The notes under the pieces were generated by a model. The model saw nothing but the letters and a program-made list of their open reading frames with translations. It did not search any database and was not told the origin of the DNA. Made by a program: the position numbers and the translations under genes. A stretch of 64,000 nt of DNA from Alphaproteobacteria bacterium (lineage in GTDB: Bacteria; Pseudomonadota; Alphaproteobacteria; MPNO01; UBA830). The DNA lies in contig OZ219791.1 of NCBI GenBank assembly GCA_964291215.2, positions 1,696,001 through 1,760,000 on the forward strand, in the 5' to 3' direction. Below are positions 1-9,363 of the stretch, piece after piece. Every line of letters starts with the position of its first letter. Position 1 is the stretch's first letter.

Positions 1-505
1 GCAGGACCGGTGCGTCGGGTTTCATCGCCTCGACGACATCGATGACGTGCGGCAGCACCTTGTACTTGACCTTGATCAGCTTCAACGCCTTGCGCGCCAC
101 AGCCTCGCTGGTGGCTGCGACCGCGGCCACCGGGTGGCCGTCATAGAGCACGTTTTCTCGTGCCATCATGTTCCGCGTCACGTCGCGGAAGTTGACCATG
201 AGTTCGCCGGAGGCTGCGTGCTCGACCTCCATGTCCGGGAAATCGTCGCGCGTGACGACCGCCTTTACGCCGGGAAGCTTTTCTGCCTTCGAGGTGTCGA
301 TCGAGACAACGTCGGCGCGGGCATGCGGGCTCCGCAGGACCTTGCCGACGAGCTGCCCGGGCAGACGGATATCGGCGGCGTAGCGGGCGCGGCCGGTGAC
401 CTTGTCGACGGCGTCGCCGCGGTCTACCGGGTTCGTGCCAACGACCTTCAGGTCCTTCTTCTCGTAGGGGATCTTGGTGGCGAACGGTGACGGAGGGCGT
501 CCCAT
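1..505 (-). CDS. Xanthine dehydrogenase/CO dehydrogenase family molybdopterin-binding large subunit (5' part; runs off window)
   Basis: Read by hand from ATG at 505: MGRPPSPFATK...DAVDKVTGRARYAADIRLPGQLVGKVLRSPHARA...VLYDGHPVAAVAATSE, the typical N-terminus of CoxL/XdhA-type subunits; directly downstream of the small and medium subunits. Confidence 0.9.
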   Translation of the reverse strand, partial: MGRPPSPFATKIPYEKKDLKVVGTNPVDRGDAVDKVTGRARYAADIRLPGQLVGKVLRSPHARADVVSIDTSKAEKLPGVKAVVTRDDFPDMEVEHAASGELMVNFRDVTRNMMARENVLYDGHPVAAVAATSEAVARKALKLIKVKYKVLPHVIDVVEAMKPDAPVL

Positions 506-525
506 GGCTCGGTCCTTTCCTATTC

Positions 526-1008
526 CTATTTCGCGCCAGCGCGCATTTCGCGGGCGGCATCCTGAACCGCCTCGACAACCTTGTGATACCCGGTGCAGCG
601 GCAGAGATTGCCCGCAAGTCCATAGCGGATCTCCTCCTCGGTCGGGTCCGGGTTCTCGTCGAGCAGCGCCTTCGAGGCGATGAGGAGACCGGGTGTACAG
701 ATGCCGCACTGCAACGCAACGTGATCGATGAATTTTTGCTGCAGCGGGTGCAACCCGTCTCCCGACGCCATTCCCTCGATGGTTTCCACGGTCTTGCCGT
801 CGGCTTCTAGCCCCAGCATCAGACACGAGCAGACCAGAACACCGTCGACGATGACGCTGCAGGCGCCGCAGTCGCCAGTGGCGCAGCCTTCCTTGGTTCC
901 AGTCATGTCGAGTTCGTCGCGCAACACGTCCAGAAGCGTTTGGGTGGTGTCGCAGAGAACCTCGGTCTCGTCGCCGTTGATGGTGGCGGTTACATGGTGT
1001 CTGGCCAT
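526..1008 (-). CDS. (2Fe-2S)-binding small subunit of Mo-hydroxylase (CoxS/CutS-like)
   Basis: GTKEGCATGDCGACSV, QCGICTPG and NLCRCTGY motifs. Confidence 0.95.
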   Translation of the reverse strand: MARHHVTATINGDETEVLCDTTQTLLDVLRDELDMTGTKEGCATGDCGACSVIVDGVLVCSCLMLGLEADGKTVETIEGMASGDGLHPLQQKFIDHVALQCGICTPGLLIASKALLDENPDPTEEEIRYGLAGNLCRCTGYHKVVEAVQDAAREMRAGAK

Positions 1009-1877
1009 TACGATCGTGCCCTTTCAAGCGCTATTGCCGCTGCGCGCTGCGCCAGCACGCCGGCAACCTCAATGCGGTATTCGACGGTTCCCCGTTTGTC
1101 GTCTATCGGCTTGCAGGCGGCGCGGGCCGCCGCCGCGAGCTTGTCCATCGCCGCCTCGCCGACTGGTGTGCCAATCAGCGCCTTGGCGGCGACATTCACG
1201 AGCAGGGGGGTTGGGGCGACGGCGCCCAGAGAGACCCGTGCCGCAGTGCAGATGCCCTTCCGGTCCAGGGTCAGGTTGACGGCGGCGCCGACCACGGCAA
1301 TGTCCATTTCGGTGCGCGGCGTGAAGCGGAGATAGGCATCGCCCGACCTTGGCGGACGCTTCGGAAGGTCGAACGCGACGACCACCTCGCCGGGTGCCAG
1401 CGATGTCTTGCCGGGGCCGCGGATAACTTTCTCGACCGGAGCCTCACGCTCTCCGCGTGGCCCGGCGATGACGGCCGTTGCGCCCGCGGCGATCAGCGGC
1501 GGTACGCTGTCGGCGGCCGGCGAAGCGTTGCACAGATTGCCGCCGATGGTCGCTCGTCCGCGCACCTGGAGCGAGCCGATGAGGCGCACCCCGTCCATGA
1601 TGCCGGGCCATGCGGCGTTGAAGCCGGCATGGTTCATGAGCTCCTTGCCTGTAACCGCTGCCCCGAAACGCCAAGCGTTTCCCTTGCGCGAGATCTTGCG
1701 CATCTCGGGGATGTTTTTCACGTCGATGAGGAGATCGGGCTCGACGATGTCGGCATGCATCTGGACGAGCACATCGGTGCCGCCGGCCAGAAATCGGGTC
1801 ACCCCGGGTTTGTTGCTGCCTCTGCCCCGGGCCAGCGCGACGGCGTCGTCTAGGGACGTAGGTGCTTCATACTGCAT
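1008..1877 (-). CDS. FAD-binding medium subunit of Mo-hydroxylase (CoxM/CutM-like)
   Basis: LAGGTDVL, QVRGRATIGGNLCNASPAAD and PIDDKRGTVEYR motifs; stop overlaps the small-subunit start. Confidence 0.95.
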   Translation of the reverse strand: MQYEAPTSLDDAVALARGRGSNKPGVTRFLAGGTDVLVQMHADIVEPDLLIDVKNIPEMRKISRKGNAWRFGAAVTGKELMNHAGFNAAWPGIMDGVRLIGSLQVRGRATIGGNLCNASPAADSVPPLIAAGATAVIAGPRGEREAPVEKVIRGPGKTSLAPGEVVVAFDLPKRPPRSGDAYLRFTPRTEMDIAVVGAAVNLTLDRKGICTAARVSLGAVAPTPLLVNVAAKALIGTPVGEAAMDKLAAAARAACKPIDDKRGTVEYRIEVAGVLAQRAAAIALERARS

Positions 1878-1924
1878 ATCGGTTCCTTGCTCTGATGGGC
1901 GGTGCAGTTCTGCGGAGACGGTGG

Positions 1925-2641
1925 TCAGACAACGGCGCTCTGCTCGCCGATCGCGGTCGCGTACTTGTAGATGTCATCATACATCAGATGTTGGATGTCG
2001 AGCATCTGGCGCACGGTCTTGAGCACGAGCCTGCGGTCCTCCTCGGTCGTGGCAAACTGGTCAAGGAGTTTCCGGCCGACATCGGAATGCTCCTCGTCGG
2101 CGCTGTCATGGATGATCCAGTAGGCGACGGCCTCTTCGTCGAGGCCAAACTGTTCCTGGAGTTTCCGGGCAATGCGGATATAGAGCCCCGGAATGGCGGC
2201 CTCTCCAGCAAGCATGTGCGCGGACACGCCTTCGAGGAAGCTCTTCGAGCATATGTGCGCGAAATAGGCCTGGAAGGCGACGACACCGGCGCAATAGGGC
2301 GGGTCGTACATTTCCTCGGGCTTGAGGCCCATGCCCCTGGCGTAGTTCAGATAGAGGCGGTGATGCGAGATGCCGCCCGACATCAGCCGCCCCGTGGCCT
2401 CCTCATAGGCGACCTCGGCGATCATCTCCCGCCATGCCGGATCGGGACAGATGACGTAGAGATTGCCGTGGTAGTTGTGGTTGTGGAGCGGGATGCCGCC
2501 ATGCTGCTGGCAGATGTAGCGCGACTGCTCCCAGTTCCACGTGCCCTCGACCATCCCCGTCCACAACGGATGGCCGTACATCGGGAGCTCCCTGTGGATA
2601 TCGGCGATGCGGTCGAGAACCCCTTGGGTCGTCAAGGCCAT
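1925..2641 (-). CDS. Heme-oxygenase-like diiron enzyme (TenA/PqqC/CADD-like iron-containing redox protein)
   Basis: HPLW N-terminal motif, EEATG...SHH, AGE and IHDSADEEHS (H-x3-D-x2-H) ligand pattern; GAAGGGG RBS before ATG 2641. Confidence 0.75.
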   Translation of the reverse strand: MALTTQGVLDRIADIHRELPMYGHPLWTGMVEGTWNWEQSRYICQQHGGIPLHNHNYHGNLYVICPDPAWREMIAEVAYEEATGRLMSGGISHHRLYLNYARGMGLKPEEMYDPPYCAGVVAFQAYFAHICSKSFLEGVSAHMLAGEAAIPGLYIRIARKLQEQFGLDEEAVAYWIIHDSADEEHSDVGRKLLDQFATTEEDRRLVLKTVRQMLDIQHLMYDDIYKYATAIGEQSAVV

Positions 2642-2875
2642 GGTCGCCCCTTCCTTATCGGCTCGGTTCGCGAATATACCAGATTTGGGTTGTCGGACTA
2701 GCGCCCCTTGGCAGCCCTCAGGACCATTTTTCCAGCCGAGTTCGCGGTCCCGGAGCAAATCGGGCTGACAGGAGGTGCTCGGAGCTCACCGGGTGCGGCT
2801 CTGCGGGATCCTGGGAAGGTTTGGAGTTGTCGGAGCGTTTTTCGCTCGGATGGCCGGCGCGTAATCTGCCCCGGA

Positions 2876-2960
2876 TGATCCTCTCCCGTTGAAGTGATCC
2901 ACTCTCGGGTTATGGAAAGAGGAGGACCGACGATGGCAAGGAGTATCTACTCACCCTTAC
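2876..2960 (+). mobile_element. IS3-family left-end stub (IR plus first codons of orfA)
   Basis: TGATCCTCTCCCGTTGAAGTGATCCACT resembles an IS3-type IR; followed by GAGGAGG RBS and MARSIYSP, then breaks off. Confidence 0.45.
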
Positions 2961-2987
2961 TGATCACGAATCGTTTTTCCTGACGGC

Positions 2988-3785
2988 GTTTGCTGTGAAA
3001 CATTTCTGATCCCTCCGATGTCTTTTGTTGAACAGGACACGAGCGACCTGTCGGTCAGGCGCATGCCTGACCGCCTTGTGGTGGTGCTGGCTGACGCCTG
3101 TTGACGAATCTTGGACCTTTCCGGCTGCCTCGCGTCCATGGTCATCAAGGGTCTGGTTCGTTCAGGCGTCAGGGATGGGCGTCTGCCCCTGTCAAGCCGC
3201 GATCCTGGTGGTCCACGTTGAGGGATCAACGCCATGTTTCTTCAACATTCGGACCCGGCGTGGGCCATTGCGTTGGACCATCAGGCGCTCGTAGGTCTCG
3301 GGGTCGCGGTAGACCTCACCGGTGATGCGCATGGTATAGATGATGCGCAGCAGTTTGTGAGCGACTGCGACATGGCCACCGCTTGTGAACCAGGCTGCGC
3401 CAAGTGCACCGTCGCCGTGATCTGCATCTTGTGAACGTCAAGACCCGCGGCGCGGGCATGGACGACATTGAGGGCATCAACACTCTGCATCAGGCTTCTT
3501 CCGGTTGTGGGGCAGGTGGAGGCGGAAACCAGCGGATAGCAGGGTCGCGAACCCCAAGAGGCTCGTGCTCCATTTTGCTGTTCGTCCTCGGCCAGGCCGG
3601 GTACATCGCGGGGTGCGGTGCTGCTGGTCGGGCACAGTTTGGAAACGGGCTCGATGGCGCCAAAATGCAAGCGAACTCGTCACCCACCTCCACCTGCTCG
3701 CATTATCGTGCACCAACACGCCGGATCAACGCACTCGTCCAACGGCCACAACAGGCTCACATTTCATGGCGCGGGGTGAGCAGAC
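2988..3785 (-). mobile_element. Internally deleted IS110-family element (both non-coding ends retained; boundaries approximate)
   Basis: N-terminal MQSVDALNVVHARAAGLDVHKMQITATV (ATG 3490) joined near 3372 to C-terminal VAVAHKLLRIIYTMRITGEVYRDP...RIAA* (stop 3192). Confidence 0.75.
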
Positions 3786-3829
3786 ACGCCGACGTTCATG
3801 ACTGTTTGGATCAGGCCTCTTCTCTTGCC

Positions 3830-4222
3830 ACCCACTCGCTGCCGATGACCTGTGCGGGCTTCGATTGGCGTTCGCCCGGCGGCATCTTCCGGTACCCCGC
3901 CGCCCAGCGGGCGACCTTGCGTTTGATGCGTTGACGGGTCCGTGCGGTTCCGCCCGGCATCGCCGGCCGAGTGCATCCGCCCGGGCTCGAAGTCGACCCA
4001 CACTACCTCGGTGCGAACCCGGGTCGTCACCTGCACGACGATGCGGCGCCAGTCCCGCAGCAGGTCGTCGTACAACGTCGAGGGGTGGCCCGAGACCATT
4101 ACCTGACACGGCAGCCCCTTGAGCAGTTCAAGGAGTTCGACATGGTCGGCTTCGGTGCAGTCGTGGCGGTACCGCTGGCCCGACCGGCGGGTCGCCTGCA
4201 AGTACGGCGGGTCGCTGTATAC
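3830..4222 (-). pseudogene. Dam/D12-class DNA adenine methyltransferase, C-terminal fragment
   Basis: VYSDPPYL motif, DHVELLELLKGLPCQVMVSG, RTEVVW; 5' part cut off by the TIR element starting at 4223; frameshift near the 3' end. Confidence 0.7.
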
Positions 4223-4698
4223 TCAGACGTCCTGACCTCGGCTTTGATTTCTTCCAATCAGGGTGATGCTTCTGGGCCGAGTTTGCGTGCGTTGTCTGGC
4301 AGTTCGTAGATCATGCGGAGGCCGGGTCCGAAGCTTCTTCACCGCCCGCTGCACGGTCGCGCGGCTCACGCCGTCTGCAGGTCTCTTTGAGGAACGCGGT
4401 GCCTGGCGATCCGCAGCAGCATCGCCGGCCGGTCGCCCTCGTTGTGGCAGGGCTCCATGTTCGAGAAGTAGACGGTCTGTCCGTCGACATCCGCAAGGGA
4501 GAAGCACGAGGTTCCGATGGCTTCAGGAAGGTGCATCGCGAGCGTGTTCATGGCCGGGAGTATCCAATTACAGGGGTCATGTTATATCGGGCCATCACGC
4601 GGCTATGTTGCCAAGCAAGAACCGGGAAAATCGTTCATTGTGTTGGAAAAAAGGGGAGCCGGACTGATCAAGTCAACTCACGAGGTCAGGATGTCTGA
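4223..4698 (-). mobile_element. 476-bp non-autonomous IS derivative with 18-bp terminal inverted repeats
   Basis: TCAGACGTCCTGACCTCG (4223-4240) vs CGAGGTCAGGATGTCTGA (4681-4698), 17/18 match; broken HTH-like reading inside (RVPQRDLQTA / GVSRATVQRAVKKLR). Confidence 0.7.
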
Positions 4699-4699
4699 A

Positions 4700-4987
4700 C
4701 TTGGGGTCAGATAATGTGCTAACGCTCAACCGTCTGCCGATCCTGGCGCGGCGCCAATGGCGGTAGTGCGGGCCGAGCGTGCTGCCCTGACGGTACTCGC
4801 CCCGGGATGGGTCGAGCGGGACGACCTCCAGCATTAGCCGGCTCAACGCCTGGAACAGCTTGACGTTCGCATTGGATGCGAACACTGTCGGATCGCTTCG
4901 TTGTGCGCGTTGGACTGCATTGTGGAGTTGGCGCAACTGGTCGATGAGGCAAACGTGGAATAGTAGCGTCCATCCGTTGCGCTGCAT
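4700..4987 (-). pseudogene. yhaV: Type II toxin, YhaV family, C-terminally truncated
   Basis: NGWTLLFH...NANVKLFQAL...VPLDPSRGEYRQGSTLGPHYRHWRRARIG; homology stops around 4730, well short of a full YhaV. Confidence 0.8.
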
Positions 4988-5313
4988 CAGAGATCGACTT
5001 CACCGTCGATATTCTCGTCTGGTCCCGATTCGCGCTCCGCATGTTCGAGCATGTCCTGTGCCAGATCGTCCGGAATCGCCCGAACATGCCGTCCGGCTCG
5101 GATATCACCGGTGAGCAGATCCAGGAACGCACCGATCGCCGGATCTTCATGTTCGGCGTCGACACGGCTGACGACGATCTGTCCGTCATCGTGGAGTTCG
5201 AATGCCACCTTGGCGCCGACATCGACCCCTAGCGCCTGACGAACCGTCTTGGGCAGGGCGATCTTGCCCTTCGCCGTCATGGTTGCGACTTCGTGGATGA
5301 TCGACACTCCCAC
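4987..5313 (-). CDS. prlF: Type II antitoxin, PrlF/SohA (AbrB-type) family
   Basis: ATMTAKGKIALPKTVRQALGV AbrB fold, EDPAIGAFLDLL and acidic DENIDGEVDL tail; coupled to the yhaV-like gene. Confidence 0.85.
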   Translation of the reverse strand: MGVSIIHEVATMTAKGKIALPKTVRQALGVDVGAKVAFELHDDGQIVVSRVDAEHEDPAIGAFLDLLTGDIRAGRHVRAIPDDLAQDMLEHAERESGPDENIDGEVDL

Positions 5314-5479
5314 CGTGCCGCACGGCCGTAAGGAATATTCCTTACGGCGTCAACGCGATATGGAGATTGCAAGCTGGATGCGCGCCGATGTGACCTGCAT
5401 TGCGGAGGACGCCGCCGCTTCTCCTGCTACCGATCCCAGAGCGATCGTGGACTTGCCGGCCCGCGCACCCACGACATGA

Positions 5480-5760
5480 GCGCCTCGGTGGGCGCCGCAG
5501 CCGGGGGCAATATCAATGCGCTTGCCCCAGGGTTCGCGGTTCCGGTCCTTCGGGGGGCGCTCCAGTTGACCCAGACGACACTGAAACCGGGCTCCGTTTC
5601 GGGGTAGCTGGAACATCTCATGTCGGTGAAATACAGGCACACGCCCGGCCGGTCGCCCTTCCTCAGCATCGCCTCCACCGCCACGACCGTGGGGCCGTAG
5701 ATGAGCCCGAACCGCTCCAGCGGGTTGACTCGGGTCCCGGCCGTGGCGATGAGCGGCACC
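5480..5760 (-). pseudogene. VWA-like (DUF2201-type) protein C-terminal fragment
   Basis: PGVCLYFTDMRCSSYPETEPGFSVVWVNW...PWGKRIDI resembles the DUF2201 VWA-like tail; no intact start. Confidence 0.45.
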
Positions 5761-6007
5761 GTCGGGCGTGCGGATGTCGCGCGCGACCGTGATGGCGGGG
5801 TCCCACAGACGGCTGCGTTCTTCCAGCGCCGGCGCGATGCTCGGAACACGAGCCGGTAGCGCCGGTTCTCGCGCGAAGCCTCCTCGCGCCCGACCCCGTC
5901 GCACGGGCGTTGCTGTTGGCAAGCGAGACGTGGTCCGGCTCGACCGGGAGAAGCCTGCCGCCGAAGCGGTTCACCTCTTCGGCGAACCGTGTCCGGGCGC
6001 GCCCGTT

Positions 6008-6838
6008 TCAGAAATCGGCGCGATAGCTTGCGGGGGTGAGCCAGACGTATTGGTCCAGCGGTGGCCTGATTCGGTATGCCGCGGGCACCCTCGAAAAATC
6101 GTAAAGGCGGGCTATCCGGAAGATGTCCCGGCGCTCTTCGGAAACGCGCCGCTCGTTCTCCGTGAGCCAGAAGGGCGTGGTCTGCGGGCCGTTCGTCGTC
6201 TTCACTTCCAGCCATCGCTCGGCGCCGTCTCTCGAGAACGACAGGATGTCGTAGCCGGCGCCGTCCCCGTCCTCTTTTGCCACCCAGCGGACCCGCTGGG
6301 CGAGGTCGTCGCGCCCCAAGGCCGACAGCCGGTTCTGTTCGGCCTCGTAAAGGAAACGTTCGCCGGCTTCGCCGAGAGCCCGCGCACGCTGATCCCGTTC
6401 TGCCGGATCGTACTTCCGGAGCATGCGGCCGATGACGGGGTCGTCCGGTGGCGGTTGATCTCTTCTCGCCGGCGGCCGTCCGAAGGCGAGACCTGCGGAC
6501 GGTGCGTTGGTTGTCGGCGGTTCGATGGCATGCTGGCGAAGAAGCCGACCTTTGACCAACTGCACCTCGACAGCTTCGAACAGGGCGCGCTGATAGTTCG
6601 AAGCGGGTTTGTAGCCCCGTATGTAGGGCAGGCCGAACAGCATCAGGATTGCGCTGATGTTCTGGTGCTTGTATTCGATCGAGCCGCGGGAGCGGCCGAT
6701 GATCTGCTGCAGTGCGCGGTTGCGCTCTGCCTTGACCACCCGTTCGCCGGTCAGTTCTGCGCGAAGCATGTCTCCGTAATCGGAGACGATGGCTTCGATC
6801 TCCAATCTGGTCCAAGGGGTGCCTGCGCGCTCGGGCAT
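6008..6838 (-). CDS. DUF3883 (protein NO VEIN C-terminal) PD-(D/E)xK nuclease-like protein
   Basis: LGEAGERFLYEAE...WVAKEDGDGAGYDILSF...WLEVKTT...FWLTENE; N-terminal RSRGSIEYKHQNISA. Confidence 0.85.
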   Translation of the reverse strand: MPERAGTPWTRLEIEAIVSDYGDMLRAELTGERVVKAERNRALQQIIGRSRGSIEYKHQNISAILMLFGLPYIRGYKPASNYQRALFEAVEVQLVKGRLLRQHAIEPPTTNAPSAGLAFGRPPARRDQPPPDDPVIGRMLRKYDPAERDQRARALGEAGERFLYEAEQNRLSALGRDDLAQRVRWVAKEDGDGAGYDILSFSRDGAERWLEVKTTNGPQTTPFWLTENERRVSEERRDIFRIARLYDFSRVPAAYRIRPPLDQYVWLTPASYRADF

Positions 6839-6952
6839 CCGGCGGATCCCATTCTAACTCCGGCCGATGGCCGGTCGGGAGCCTCGGTGCGGACCGGGTA
6901 ACCTCGGGATAGGCCCTTTGCGGCGCGTCCCGGGATGCCGCAGGGCCGGACT

Positions 6953-7777
6953 TCAGGTGTAGTACGGGTTGGCACCGGCGGCGTGGTCGGTGACGTCGAC
7001 GACATGGGCGATGGACGGCACCAGCCGCTTGATCTCGACCTCGACGCCCTGACGCAGCGTTGCCGATGAGGCGGAGCATCCCTGGCATCCGCCTTCGAGT
7101 CGAACGAAAGCGGTATTTTCCTTGACGTCGATCAGCGAGATATGGCCGCCATGGGCGGCAACCTGCGGATTTATGTGCACGTCCAGCAATTCGAGGATTG
7201 CCTTGCCTTCCTCGGTCTGCAGTCCCGGCCGGTCCTCCAGTTCGATGGCGTCCCGCACATCCTCGACCTCGGGAACGTAGTGTCCGAGCATGTTCCGGAT
7301 CGGTTGCATCAGCCCGTAGGCGGCTCCGTCGAAACGCAGATAGGCAACGTTGTCACGAAAGTCGACGAAGGAGACATCGCCACCGCCGTCCCTGGCCGCC
7401 GGACGGATGCGGGTTTCGACGATTTCCGCGATTTCGGCAGCGGGACCTGTCAACTCCCGATCCTCTTCGGCATCCGGCCGGACCGTGGCCTGTTCCTCGA
7501 TGACGGGCATGCCCGACATGAAATGGTCCATGATCGCGGCGAGGATGCGCGGCCGCAATTCGTGCCATTCAGCGTCCGGAGTCCGCGTCACGCGTATCTC
7601 GTCCGTGCCGAGCGCGATCCGCGAGATCGATCCGAGTTCGAACAACCGTTTTGCCAGCGGGATTCTCGCGGCCTCCGCCGGCGACGCCAGATCGAGGCTG
7701 CCGCTCGCGAGCACCTCGCGGCCGGGCAGAAACCTGACGGTCTCGGCACTCAGTGTGTCTTCGGTCTGTATGAACAT
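6953..7777 (-). CDS. NifU/Nfu family Fe-S cluster carrier (Nfu_N plus two NifU-C repeats)
   Basis: MFIQTE N-terminus; first NifU repeat IRPAARDGGGDV lacks CxxC; second INPQVAAHGGHI...GGCQGC intact. Confidence 0.85.
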   Translation of the reverse strand: MFIQTEDTLSAETVRFLPGREVLASGSLDLASPAEAARIPLAKRLFELGSISRIALGTDEIRVTRTPDAEWHELRPRILAAIMDHFMSGMPVIEEQATVRPDAEEDRELTGPAAEIAEIVETRIRPAARDGGGDVSFVDFRDNVAYLRFDGAAYGLMQPIRNMLGHYVPEVEDVRDAIELEDRPGLQTEEGKAILELLDVHINPQVAAHGGHISLIDVKENTAFVRLEGGCQGCSASSATLRQGVEVEIKRLVPSIAHVVDVTDHAAGANPYYT

Positions 7778-8068
7778 CGCTTCTTCCCGTCTCGATCCCG
7801 TGAAACCTCCGGCAATGACAGACAAACTAGGGTTTTTGCGGAAAAATGAAAGGGGCCGTGGCCATCCCGAAGGCCTGCCGCCATCCCCGCGACCTGCTGA
7901 CACGCGGCCGGGATGTCGCTTCCGCCAGCGCCCCGGTGTGGATGTGGGCGCTCCTGCAAGGGGTCCTGGCGGACGTTGCGTGAAGCGGCACGGCTGCGGA
8001 TCCGGTGCGCCGGCTGCCCGGTCATTTTCTCGTGTCGCTTGCTCCGCCGCCGCGGCACAAGGCGGGAG

Positions 8069-9103
8069 TTACAGCTGCCTTCGGCCGAAACGAGGCCTTC
8101 GCGCTGCGCCCTGCCAGGCCCAGATCGCGCACGAAAAGAGAACCATGGCGCCCGCCTGATGTGCCCAGGCAATGGAGAGCGGGGCGCTGTAGACCACCGC
8201 AACCGCACCGAGGGCGAACTGGCAGGCGGCGGTGGCGGCCATTGCTGACAGGCGGCGCGCAAAGCCCCTCCGGCGGGCGGTGAGCCACAGGGCGAATATC
8301 GCGCCGAGCGTCGCTAGTGCCAGGACGCGATGCGTGAACTGGATCGTTGCGACGTTCTCGAACAGATTCCGCCACCACGGATGCAGGGTCATCGCTTCCG
8401 GGGGCACCACGTGGCCGTCCATCAGGGGAAAGCTGTTGTAGACCCCGCCGCCGTCAAGCCCTGCCAGAAACGCGCCCATGATCATGGTTGCGACGACCAT
8501 GCCGGTGACCAGAATGATGGCGCCGACCGATCCGCTGTCCCGACGGCGCCCGGCGCGGAACATGTCGAGGCCGCCATGGAGCAGGAAGCCGTATATCAGA
8601 ACGGCCAGGCCGAGATGGGCGGCAAGCCGGTACTGGCTGACCGATGGCTCGTCCACGAGCCCCGACTTCACCATGTACCAGCCAAGGAAGCCCTGCAATC
8701 CGCCGAGGACGAAGGGAACCGCGAGCCGGAATATCATGCGTCCGGGTAGCCGGTATCGCACGGCAAACCAGACAAAGGGCAGGAAATAGGCGACGCCGAT
8801 GATGCGGCCGAAGAGCCGGTGGAGATATTCGAGCCAGAAGATGCCCCGGAAATCCTCGAGCGTCATCCAGGAATTGACAAGCCGGAATTCCGGGGTCTGC
8901 CGATAGGCCTCGTAGACGGACAGCCATTGTTCATGGCCGAGAGGGGGCAGCCAGCCCGTGAGCGGCCGCCAGTCGACCATCGAAAGGCCGGAACCGGTCA
9001 GCCGGGTGAGGCCTCCGAGGAGAACCATCAGGAAGACAAGGGCCGCGCAGGCGAGCAGCCAGATTCCGATCGCGCGCGCAGGAAAAGGTGATGTTGCCGT
9101 CAT
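8069..9103 (-). CDS. ctaA: Heme A synthase (COX15/CtaA type 2)
   Basis: GGLTRLTGSGLSMVDW, FWLEYLHRLFGR, GWYMVKSGL, VSQYRLAAHL, QFTHR. Confidence 0.95.
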   Translation of the reverse strand: MTATSPFPARAIGIWLLACAALVFLMVLLGGLTRLTGSGLSMVDWRPLTGWLPPLGHEQWLSVYEAYRQTPEFRLVNSWMTLEDFRGIFWLEYLHRLFGRIIGVAYFLPFVWFAVRYRLPGRMIFRLAVPFVLGGLQGFLGWYMVKSGLVDEPSVSQYRLAAHLGLAVLIYGFLLHGGLDMFRAGRRRDSGSVGAIILVTGMVVATMIMGAFLAGLDGGGVYNSFPLMDGHVVPPEAMTLHPWWRNLFENVATIQFTHRVLALATLGAIFALWLTARRRGFARRLSAMAATAACQFALGAVAVVYSAPLSIAWAHQAGAMVLFSCAIWAWQGAARRPRFGRRQL

Positions 9104-9363
9104 CCCGTATTTTCGAGCACAGCGCCGGTTCGGGCGGGGAATCCCGCGATCATCCCGACTTCCGGAACATTCGCGGCGTCATGGCTGTCCCGGCTGACGA
9201 TACTGACCGCTCGTTTTTCGGGAATCCGCCTGACGTGGTTCTCGGGAACGGTCGTGGGTCGAGCCTCTCTTCGGACCGGCCGGACGAGGCGCAAAGGCGC
9301 TTGCTGCGCATATTCCCGCTGCGGCCAGCGGTCCGGCCGCAGCGCGGGCCGCGACATACCGGT

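Noticed and set aside
1-1877. Calling the operon an aerobic CO dehydrogenase
   Set aside because: The diagnostic AYxCSFR loop lies outside the window, so the substrate cannot be assigned.
5427-7088. 553-aa minus-strand ORF
   Set aside because: Arg/Pro-rich alternative frame over the DUF3883 and nfu genes; only the last ~80 residues resemble a real (VWA-like) fragment.
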